Positions 54,601 to 64,000 of a stretch of DNA of 64,000 nucleotides are shown here, piece by piece. This DNA is from Eledone cirrhosa. Its lineage: Eukaryota. Under the pieces are notes generated by a model. That model was not told the origin of the DNA. It saw nothing but the letters and a program-made list of their open reading frames with translations, and did not search any database. Every line of letters starts with the position of its first letter. The first letter of the stretch is position 1. The stretch covers positions 387,252,001 to 387,316,000 of the forward strand of contig OZ024741.1 in assembly GCA_964016885.1 (NCBI GenBank), in the 5' to 3' direction. The position numbers were made by a program, and so were the translations under genes.

Positions 54601-54710
54601 ATCTGATGAAGACGTACTGAAAAAAACAACACAGTAGCTTTGAAATATATATAATAAAGCATATATTTTGATTATATGAATATCTTTCATTTGTTAATAT
54701 TTTGAATAAT
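51625..54710 (+). mobile_element. Penelope-like element (RT + GIY-YIG), 5'-truncated and frameshifted, probably Hydra clade; SINE inserted at ~51865-51956
   Basis: DITSYYSSI, FDITMGSSDSAQVMDLVG, GLYRDD, SNHP; linker CNCRKKSECPLQNNC (CxCx5Cx5C); IVYKC...YIGAT...FKERWYNH; AT-rich tail with a hammerhead, ending in (TA)n. Confidence 0.88.
54590..54672 (+). ncRNA. Putative minimal type I hammerhead ribozyme in the PLE 3' region
   Basis: TTTTAT-CTGATGA(54603)-stem II (TACTG/CAGTA, imperfect base)-GAAA(54642)-TATATA-TA-ATAAAG. Confidence 0.65.
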
Positions 54711-54802
54711 ATATATATATGTATACATATATATATGTATGTATATATATATATACATACAAATGTATGTATATATATACTTACATATGTATATATATAT
54801 AT

Positions 54803-56243
54803 ACTAGCAGTGTATCCCGGCATTGCACGGGTAAGAACATTGGTAATACCATCTCCAATGAGAAACGTTTATTGGTGAGTGCCTGTTAAAAACTCATAAA
54901 AATATACCGACAGGTAATTTGTTTTATTTGGAGAAAATTAAGAAGTTGAAAGTACAGTTTAGCTGTCTATGTGCATTGTTCATAGAAATATTGTTGAGCC
55001 CCTTCTTTTCATACTCCTTCTGTGACAGTTGTCCCCCGGCGTTTCCACTCGGTTTTGGCCTATTGGAGTAAATGTGAAAGAGAAAGTCACAGGTTAAGTT
55101 GGCAGAAGGTTCCAGTGCCATAGCAGTAAGGCATAGGCTACTTACCTCAAAAGTTCATTCGCACTCTTTCCACTAAGTTACTCTTTCTCTCTATCCCTCT
55201 TGGTGCAGTCCCTTGCGAATTTCTCGCGTAGGCCTGGTGTAGATTTGCACCCAATCCATCTGCTCGATGCACATGTCCGCTTTGTACGGCTTTTGGAGGA
55301 AGGAGTGACCAGCAGTACGTTGTTCGGTATTATTACGAAAAGGTGTAGCAGAGAATCCCGCGTAAACTAACAGCTTGGGAGGAAACTGCTTACCTCAAAG
55401 ATTCATTCACCATCGTTCTTGTCAACGCTCCGTTTAGTTGGTATTTGTTGGTCTACAGTTAGATGAATAGCGCACAAAGGGTTAATGTTTATTGGCAAGA
55501 AGTTTTTTGATTAATAAAAGATGGGTTAAAGCCACCTACAATGTATCATTCTTCGTCGATGTTAGCGGTTTTCGTTATTGTCAATGGGTTTTTTTGGACG
55601 GCAAATTCAAGACCCTTCTGTTTCTCCCTTAATAAACTGACTACTATGAAGACCATTCCATGTTGGCCTGCGGATGGAAATGCAGAATGCAAAGGTGAAA
55701 GTTCAGTGGTAATGGGAGTCCTATGTAGCAGCAGTAACATTGACATTGCTTACAACGTGTGCTTTCACCCTTAACGGGATCTTCTGAAACAAAAGAAATC
55801 AATCTGTGAACGCAGAAGTAAATATTTTGAAAAACGTTGCAGCCAAATGAAAACAGGAAGACGATACTTTGGTTTGTGAAGACGTTCCCTGGCAATGAAC
55901 GGAAAATACCGAAGAAAATACGTCATCAATGAGAATAATGTTTGTCATAATGTCGAAATGCAGACAGCCAGACATACAGACAGATATTATAAGGGTGCGA
56001 TCTTATAGCTATGTATCTATCTAAAAAGACAGACTAATAAAGAGAGAGAGAGATCGATAACCGGCGCCTAACACCCCTTTGACAACAAAAAATTGAAAAA
56101 TAAAAGCTGCAGTTAATATCTTTAGACCGCAAGGAATATATAAATGTAAGTTTGAAGACAATCAGAGTAGAAATATGGATTTCTATTGATTTTGCAAAAC
56201 TTAGGGGACACACACAGACAATTTCAATTTTATATGTATAGAT
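54803..56243 (+). mobile_element. Helitron/Helentron-like non-autonomous element between (TA)n tracts
   Basis: 5' ACTAGCAGTGTATCCCGGCATTGCACGGG; 3' ggacacacacagacaatttcaattttatatgtatagat; internal blocks shared with 47249-47955. Confidence 0.7.
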
Positions 56244-56305
56244 ATATACATACATATGTATGTATATATATACATACATATGTATATATATATATATATA
56301 CATAC

Positions 56306-56346
<41 letters not shown>

Positions 56347-56349
<3 letters not shown>

Positions 56350-57448
56350 TCATCATCATCATCATCAACGTTTAACGTCCGTGTTCCACGCTTGCATGGG
56401 TTTGGACGGGGGTATTCCCACTTGAGGCAAGAGTGATTGTCTTGCTCGTATAGGACTGTCTGGCAGGTTTTCTACAGTTGGATGCCCTTCCTAACACCAA
56501 CCACATTTACAGTGTGGGTCTGGGAGGTTTTTACCGTGTTGCCTACACGGCCACATTACAGCGTGGACTGTGTGTTTTTTTGTCGTGACACCTACACGAT
56601 CTCATTTGTTTCGGCCTGGATGGCGCGGCACCAACATTACTTTACATAGAACGGGGTGGTGTGGATGGGGTGGGGGTGGTGGGACGGGGTGTATTTTGTT
56701 AGAGATGCCTACTGGCTGTAGTAGGTTTTACTATGTATTTAGGTAAGGCGGGTCTTCTCTGTTACTGAGTACCGCCAAAGGTCTCGGTCCAGTGACATTG
56801 TCTTGGAGAGGTGTAAGTGTGTGAGGTCGGAGTTTATCAGCTCGTCCCAGGTTTTTCTAGGTCTGCCTATTCCGTGGCTACCGTCTATCTTTATTGCCCT
56901 GCACTTTGTTATACAGCTATCAACTTTCATGCGCATCACGTGACCATACCAACGTAGCCTTCTCTCGAGTAAACAACATCTGATCCCTCTTATTTCTAAT
57001 TTTTTCTTTAGTTCGTTTATGCTTTGCCGTTCACGTATATTACTGTTACACATCCAGCGGAGCATGCAAGCTTCGTTCCTCTCTAGTCTGCGTATATACT
57101 CTGCACACAATGCCCAGGTCTCACTGCCATGCAACATTGCTGTTCGTATGCAGGCATCATACAACCTGCCTTTCATTTTTAGGGAGAACCCTTTAGCAGC
57201 TAATAGTGGTATAAGCTCTCTGAACTTTTTCCAACCAGTTCTGACTCTAGCTACTGTACTTTCAGAGCACCCTCCCCCACTGCTGATTTTATCGCCCAGG
57301 TAACGGAAGCTGTCCACTATTTCTATAGAACCCTCTGCGCAATTGAAAGAGCTAGTATTTTGTGGGCACTTGCTGCTACTTATTGCACCAGAGCACCGGC
57401 CACATGTAAAATCTATGTTCTTAGTTAGCTTACCTGTGATCCCACTAC

Positions 57449-57455
<7 letters not shown>
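56347..57455 (-). mobile_element. 5'-truncated young RTE LINE flanked on both sides by (TA)n
   Basis: Open ORF2 C-terminus KRCSGITG...DSFRYLGD...RRLRWYGHV; (GAT)n tail. Confidence 0.93.
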
Positions 57456-57519
<64 letters not shown>

Positions 57520-57520
57520 G

Positions 57521-57561
<41 letters not shown>

Positions 57562-57564
<3 letters not shown>

Positions 57565-57875
57565 AAAGTTCTATTTAAATTGTTGGGATACAACAAGCAA
57601 ATATTTTTATAACTGATATAAAGTACTCAACAAATATTTGGAGTAAAAATACGATATTAACAAATGGAAACTATATTTATAAAACCATATTTATTTCATT
57701 ATACATATTTCAAGGACACCAAGTTAAATTATGGTGTGCTTTCATCAGATAAAATACAATATAGATCAGTTTTATAAATAAATATTGACATACCCTTAAT
57801 TTAACTTGGTGTCCTTGAAATATGTATAATGAAATAAATATGGTTTTATAAATATAGTTTCCATTTGTTAATATC

Positions 57876-57878
<3 letters not shown>
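57562..57878 (-). mobile_element. ~317 bp non-coding Penelope-like derivative with a hammerhead and an inverted terminal segment
   Basis: 82 bp inverted repeat 57650-57731 / 57797-57878; (TA)n on both sides; resembles the PLE end at 54590-54710. Confidence 0.7.
57685..57764 (-). ncRNA. Putative minimal type I hammerhead ribozyme
   Basis: Minus strand: TATTTTAT-CTGATGA-AAGCACACCA/loop/TGGTGTCCTT-GAAA-TATGTA-TA^ATGAAATA; stems I and II pair; short, near-palindromic stem III. Confidence 0.75.
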
Positions 57879-57922
<44 letters not shown>

Positions 57923-58464
57923 TATTCAGGTTTGAGGTTCACCACTGTATAGAGCTGGTCTATTCTGTATGGTCAATCGTAATGTAATAATATAGAGAGT
58001 ACTCAACGTAAAGCAGTTCAACCGTCTTTGTTTTTGTAGTTGGTGGTGCTATTACGGAGTTAAATATTATAATGAAATGGCAGGAGGCTGGATTTGTGTA
58101 AATCCTTGAAAGGTTTATTATACTATGATCATTTCAATGACCGGGTTCCGTATGAATCCGGTGATATCAGGTATTCGAAATATAATACGTGAATGTAATA
58201 GATAAAATCCATGGGGCTGAAAATCGAGGACCCGACGGCGACCGCTATCTTGCACCCTCTACCTTAGCCGGTCGCCCTCGAGTGACGTGGCTAAAGCTCA
58301 CAGTGTGCTACTACCGGTCAGATAAAGGAAAACAGAAAGGGATGGGAACATAAGTTAGCGTTAATCTCATGCCACAAGACAAAAGAAAGAAAGAAAGGAA
58401 GGAGAAAGAAGAAGGGGGAAGGAAGAAGAAGAGAAGCCAGGGTTAATATCAGCTATAAGAAGAA

Positions 58465-58693
58465 AGACAGAAAGAAAGAGGAGGAAAGGTCGGTATTACA
58501 GTCAGGCCAGGATTGTTGCGAAGAAATTTTTTTATTCTACGGGACCCGTATCTAAACAACTACTACCGGTCAGATATAGGCGAACAAACCGGTAATAGTT
58601 GTTTAGATACGGGTCCCGTAGAATAAAAAAATTTCTTCGCGACAATCCTGGCCTGACTGTAATACCGACCTTTCCTCCTCTTTCTTTCTGTCT
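58465..58693. repeat. Hairpin with ~106 bp arms and a 17 nt loop
   Basis: AGACAGAAAGAAAGAGGAGGAAAGGTCGGTATTACAG...ACCGGT / ACCGGT...CTGTAATACCGACCTTTCCTCCTCTTTCTTTCTGTCT. Confidence 0.92.
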
Positions 58694-59119
58694 GATTGTT
58701 CAAAACAATCTTCTTGTATTTTTAAATTCCCATAATTCTTCTCTTATTACTGTTATATATGCTTGTTCAATTATGCCCAAAATTCGAGGATTTTATTTAA
58801 ACCTTCTCGCTAACTACTCCATATCCCTCCTACCCGCCCCCACTCACCGCCATTATTATGTCGACCAATCATAAATCAGCGGCCTATGCTATCACTTCTT
58901 AAGTTTAGACCTGGTTGCCTTTTGATATGATGGATGGACTACGGAATTCTGGAGAGTTTGAAAAGAAAAAATCTGGACACTCAGTGACAATGCCAAAGAT
59001 AAAGACAAATTCACCTCATGCTGCCGGACGAGAATGCAAGGACTCCTCCTCTTTATTTCGGCCACGGATGGCTAACATACCCTGCACCCCACCATTCCCA
59101 CCCTCCAAATGCAATCCAA

Positions 59120-61568
59120 AACTTCAGAGTTGGTACCATGAATGTAGGCACCTTAAAAGGTTGCTCTAATGAGGTTGTAGAAATGCTTGAACGTAAGGAG
59201 GTCGATGTTTGCTGTATTCAATAGACCAGGTGGAGGGGTGGGTCTGCTAGATTCATTGTGGGTAAAAAACGATGCTATAAACTTTTCTGGGTGGGAAATG
59301 ACAATGTGCTGGGTGGAGTAGGAATCATGGTAGCAGAAAAGTGGGCAGATAAGATAATAAACATAAATAGAGTGAACAACAGAATAATTAAAATAAGACT
59401 TGTCTTCAATAGAACTACTGTGACAATAATATCTGCATATGCACCCCAATCAGGACTGCTTGGCATTATACAAGACAGATTCTATAAGTCGTTAATGTTC
59501 ACTACCTCCCAAATAACCGACAGTAACTACATAATTATCGCTGGTGACCTAAATGGTCACGTTGGACAACATTGTGACGGCTATGACGGAATCCATGGAG
59601 GCTATGGGTTTGGTACTAGAAATGAGGAAGGCTCCAGAATCCTGGAATTCTGTGACGCAAATAACCTAGCTATCTGTAACACTAACTTCAAAAAACGAGA
59701 CAATCACTTGATCACCTATAGATCAGGGGACCACACCAGCCAGATAGATTATATCCTTACCAGGAGACGTGACAGAGTGTCTGTTGTGAACACTAAATCC
59801 CTCCCCCATGAAGAATGCACCTCTCAACATAGACTCATAATTAGCAACCTCATAGTCAGGACAAGATGTACTCGACAACAGAGGAGGACTATCCTCAGGA
59901 GAAAAATATGGAAGCTAAAGGACCCCACAGCCAGAAATAAATTTAAAAGCATATTACTTGATGCTTTTGATAGTAAGGAAGAGCAATTAGAGTCGTACAA
60001 TATAGAGGAACAGTGGGAATTCCTGAAAGCTAACCTGCTGAAGGCGACAGATGAAATCTGTGGCTGGAGTAGACCTATAGGCAGAAGGAGAGTAACTTGG
60101 TGGTGGAACAGTAAGGTGGAGGAGACAATCAAGGCCAAAAAGCAGGCTTGGAAAGCATGGCAGGATGGGGGAAGTAGAGAAGACTATCAAGTGGCCAGGA
60201 GGGAAGCTAGGAGACAAGTGTACTTCGCAAGAAGGGAAGCAGAGGAAAGAAAGTTCAAGCATGTTCTACAACGCGAGGACCAAAAATGTGAGGTGTTCAG
60301 GATTTCTAGGCAATGTGTCAAGGAAAACCGTGATATTGTTGGGGAGAAGTGTGTCCTTAATGATGATGGTGTACTTGCCATCACTGACGCTGATAAGAAG
60401 GTAGCTTGGAAGTGTCACTACGAAAGGCTACTAAATGAGGAGAATAAATGGGAGAAAGACAGTCTCCCCCACATCGATCCAATAGAGGGACCAGCAGTGC
60501 TAGTTGAAGGTAGTATAATAAGTAAGGCGATCAAAGATATAAAGACAGGCAAGGTGGCTGGGCCTTCGGAAATAGTTGCTGAAATGCTGAAAGCATCTGG
60601 AACGTTGGGACACACTATGGTCACCCGGATAGTAAACCAAGTCATACAGAATAGGGTCGTTCCGAAGGACTGGCATAGCAGCATCATCATTAACTGCTAC
60701 AAGGCTAAAGGAGATTCCCTAGATAGGGGAAACTATAGAGGCATTAAATTTATTGACCAGGTCATGAAGGTCACAGAAAAAGTAATAGCGCAACTAATCA
60801 GAAAGCGAATTGATCTAGATGAAATGCAGTTCGGGTTTGTGTCAGGTAAAAGTACCACAGACGCTCTTTTCATTGTACGACAACTACAGGAGAAGTATAA
60901 ATGAACTAAGGGAGAAATTAGGAATAAGAGGGATCAGATGTTGTTTACCCGAGAGAAGACTACGTTGGTATGGTCACATGATGTTCATGAAAGACGACAG
61001 CTGTATAAAAAAGTGCAGGGGCGATAAAAATAGACAGTAGCTACAGAGTAGGCAGACCCAGAAAAACCTGGGACGACTTGATAAATTCCGACCTCACATA
61101 CTTACACCTCTCCAAGACAATCTCACTGGACCGAGATCTTTGGCGTTACACAGTAATACAGAAGACCGGCCTTGCCTAAGTACAAAGCGAAACCTACAGT
61201 CAGTAGGCACCTCTTAACAAAAATACACCCTCGTCCCACTACCCCCACCTCATCCACACCAACCCTTTTGATGTAAAGTTATGTTGGTACCATAACATCC
61301 AGTCCGAAATAAATGAGGTCGTTTAGGTGTCACGACAAAAAAACACACAGTCCACGCTGTAATGTGGCCGTGTAGGTAACACGGTAAAAACCTCCCAGTC
61401 CACACTGTAAACATGGTTGGTGTTAGGAAGGGCATCCAGCCGTAGAAAACCCGCCAGACAGTCCTATACGAGCAAGACAACCAATCTCGCCTCAAGTGGG
61501 AAAATTCCCGTCCAAACCCATGCAAGCATGGAAGATGGACGTTAAACGATGATGATGATGATGATGAT
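59120..61568 (+). mobile_element. RTE LINE with APE endonuclease; RT core deleted
   Basis: VGTMNVGTL...CCIQ*TRW, SAYAPQ, AGDLNGH, SQIDYIL, QHRL, QFGF...TTDALFIVRQLQEKY fused directly to INELREKLGIRG...RLRWYGH; (GAT)n tail then (TA)n. Confidence 0.93.
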
Positions 61569-61622
61569 ACATATATATATACATATATATATATACATAT
61601 ATATACATATACATATATATAC

Positions 61623-61659
<37 letters not shown>

Positions 61660-61662
<3 letters not shown>

Positions 61663-61985
61663 AGGCACATGGCCTTGCAATCGAAAGGTTGTGAGTTCAA
61701 TTCTCAGACCAGGTGATGTGTTGTTTCCTTGAGCAAGACACTTTATTTCACATTGCTCCAGTTTACTCAGCTGTAGAAATGAGATGATAGGGACTGGGAT
61801 CCATATCATTCCACTGCAAAGTGATCGTGGAGGTGCCACAGCAAAAAAAGCACCCACCCCTCACTGTAAATGAGGTTGGTGTTAGGAAGGGCATCCAGCT
61901 GTAGAAATAAAGCCAGAATCAGTTCCCGTCCCACCCTTGCAAGCAGGGAAAAGCGGACGTAAAATTATGATGATGATGATGATGA
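61660..61985 (+). mobile_element. tRNA-derived SINE with an RTE-type tail
   Basis: GAGTTCAATTC B-box, CCTTGAGCAAGACACTTTATTTCACATTGCTCCAG core, GGTTGGTGTTAGGAAGGGCATCCAG, and a (GAT)n tail. Confidence 0.75.
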
Positions 61986-62762
61986 TATATATATATATAC
62001 ATTTCTTCACCCTGCCTTGACCCTCTGACCACATCCTGTTGCACGCGCATCCCACAACTCTCCACTTCCGCACTACCACACCAGGATTTCACACCACCTG
62101 TCATCGTTCCAGCTATCCATCCTACACACATGGAATCTCCAACATCTTGTCTCACACTCCATGGAAATACCTTAGGAACATACACACGAACAAACACTTA
62201 CATTATTTTTGAACCACGCCACCTACATCCACACTATATATAAACCCAAACACACACGTGTGTATCCCCACATACACACACTCAGCCTCCGGACTCCACA
62301 CGTCCCCTCTCCCCCACCCCTCTCTATGTACACACCGGTTTCTCTTTTACGTTAACATGGAACCTCGTTCTTCCCCCAACTCCCACATTCACATACACAC
62401 AAACACCACCTTCAGCCCTCCCCGATCGGACCCCTCTTACTCCCTCTCCCCCCACCACTACCCCTACACACCTCACACCCTTTCAGCACGTTTATTTTTA
62501 TTTTTTTTTATTTCCTTTACTCTAAAAATATTTGTTTCCCTCCCTTTTCTCCCCCCCCCTCTTTTTTAAATGTCTTTCCACCACTCCCCCAAACACAGTC
62601 GGAACTCTCTTCCTACCCACTTTTCTCCTGATGAAGGCCTTATGCCCGAAAAGTCGTCCCCTACCCCCCACTCTCAAGCGTGAAACTAATACTAATATCA
62701 TTTCTACTGCCTTTTCGTTTTTCTGTTTTTTGTTCTCTGTTTATTTATTAAACTATATATAT

Positions 62763-64000
62763 ATCATCATCATCATCATCATCAACGTTTAACGTCCGTG
62801 TTCCACGCTTGCATGGGTTTGGACGGGGGTAGTCCCACTTGAGGCAAGAGTGATTGTCTTGCTCGCATAGGACTGTCTGGCAGGTTTTCTACAGTTGGAT
62901 GCCCTTCCTAACACCAACCACATTTACAGTGTGGGTCTGGGAGGTTTTTACCGTGTTGCCTACACGGCCACATTACAGCGTGGACTGTGTGTTTTTTTGT
63001 CGTGACACCTACACGATCTCATTTGTTTCGGCCTGGATGGCGCGGCACCAACATAACTTTACATAGAACGGGGTGGTGTGGATGGGGTGGGCGTGGTGGC
63101 GGGACGGGGTGTATTTTGTTAGAGATGCCTACTGGCAAGGCGGGTCTTCTCTGTTACTGAGTACCGCCAAAGGTCTCGGTCCAGTGACATTGTCTTGGAG
63201 AGGTGTAAGTGTGTGAGGTCGGAGTTTATCAGCTCATCCCATGTTTTTCTAGGTCTGCCTATTCCGTGGCTACCGTCTATCTTTATTGCCCTGCACTTTG
63301 TTATACAGCTATCGACTTTCATGCGCATCACGTGTCCATACCAACGCAGCCTTCTCTCGAGTAAACAACATCTGATCCCTCTTATCTCTAATTTTTTCCT
63401 TAGTTCGTTTATGCTTTGCCGTTCACGTATATTACTGTTACACATCCAGCGGAGCATGCAAGCTTCGTTCCTCTCTAGTCTGCGTATATCCTCTGCACAC
63501 AATGCCCAGGTCTCACTACCATGCAACATTGCTGTTCGTATGCAGGCATCGTACAACCTGCCTTTCATTTTTAGGGAGAACCCTTTAGCAGCTAATAGTG
63601 GTATAAGCTCTCTGAACTTTTTCCAACCAGTTCTGACTCTAGCTACAGTACTTTCAGAGCACCCTCCCCCACTGCTGATTTTATCGCCCAGGTAACGGAA
63701 GCTGTCCACTATTTCTATAGAACCCTCTGCGCAATTGAAAGAGCTAGTATTTTGTGGGCACTTGCTGCTACTTATTGCACCAGAACACCGGCCACATGTA
63801 AAATCTATGTTCTTAGTTAGCTTACCTGTGATCCCACTACATCTTTTATGCACCCATACTTTGCATTTAGGACATAAAATGGAGTTTCTACCTACGCCTT
63901 TCCTACACACCGAGCACGACCATTTCCCAGAAGGGACCGCCGCCTTGTTTTCTTTCCTACAAACTAGAACTTTGGTCTTAGCCAGGTTAATTTTAAGTCC
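62763..64000 (-). mobile_element. Young RTE LINE running off the window end
   Basis: Open 263+ aa ORF2 C-terminus, near-identical to 56347-57455. Confidence 0.93.

Noticed and set aside
55205-55245. Minus-strand YTRPTREIRK resembling histone H3 YRPGTVALREIR
   Set aside because: The similarity is short, gapped and not continued on either side.
58205-58305. Possible HDV-like ribozyme upstream of the RTE
   Set aside because: I could not assign the nested P1/P2/P3/P1.1 double pseudoknot by eye.
62620-62665. Third hammerhead-like motif CTGATGA-AGGC-CTTAT-GCCC-GAAA
   Set aside because: The core boxes are present, but stems I and III do not pair in this copy; at best a decayed PLE remnant.

Overview
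This is eukaryotic, AT-rich, repeat-dense genomic DNA. It is very probably cephalopod (Octopus-like), inferred from Deu/Nin- and Meta-domain tRNA-SINEs and RTE LINEs with (GAT)n tails. The only host gene I can support is an intact 9-exon cytosolic aspartate aminotransferase (GOT1) on the + strand, 13294-40839. I assembled it by hand: 1215 nt, 404 aa, all introns GT-AG, with PLP-lysine motif SFSKNFGLY. The rest is mobile DNA: decayed CRE-type (RLE) non-LTR retrotransposons (one with an N-terminal PHD finger), RTE LINEs, a Penelope-like element with a CxCx5Cx5C/GIY-YIG end, two inverted defective hAT copies bracketing GOT1, MITEs, Helitron-like elements, SINEs and minisatellites. The most notable observations are: (i) a ~1.58 kb fold-back palindrome in GOT1 intron 1; (ii) two minimal hammerhead ribozyme motifs tied to the Penelope-like family, one in a tiny (TA)n-embedded non-coding element; (iii) several other long hairpins; (iv) two independent retroposon insertions at the same position of one MITE family. 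I found no evidence for a prokaryotic-type system. Family assignments come from remembered motifs, not database searches.
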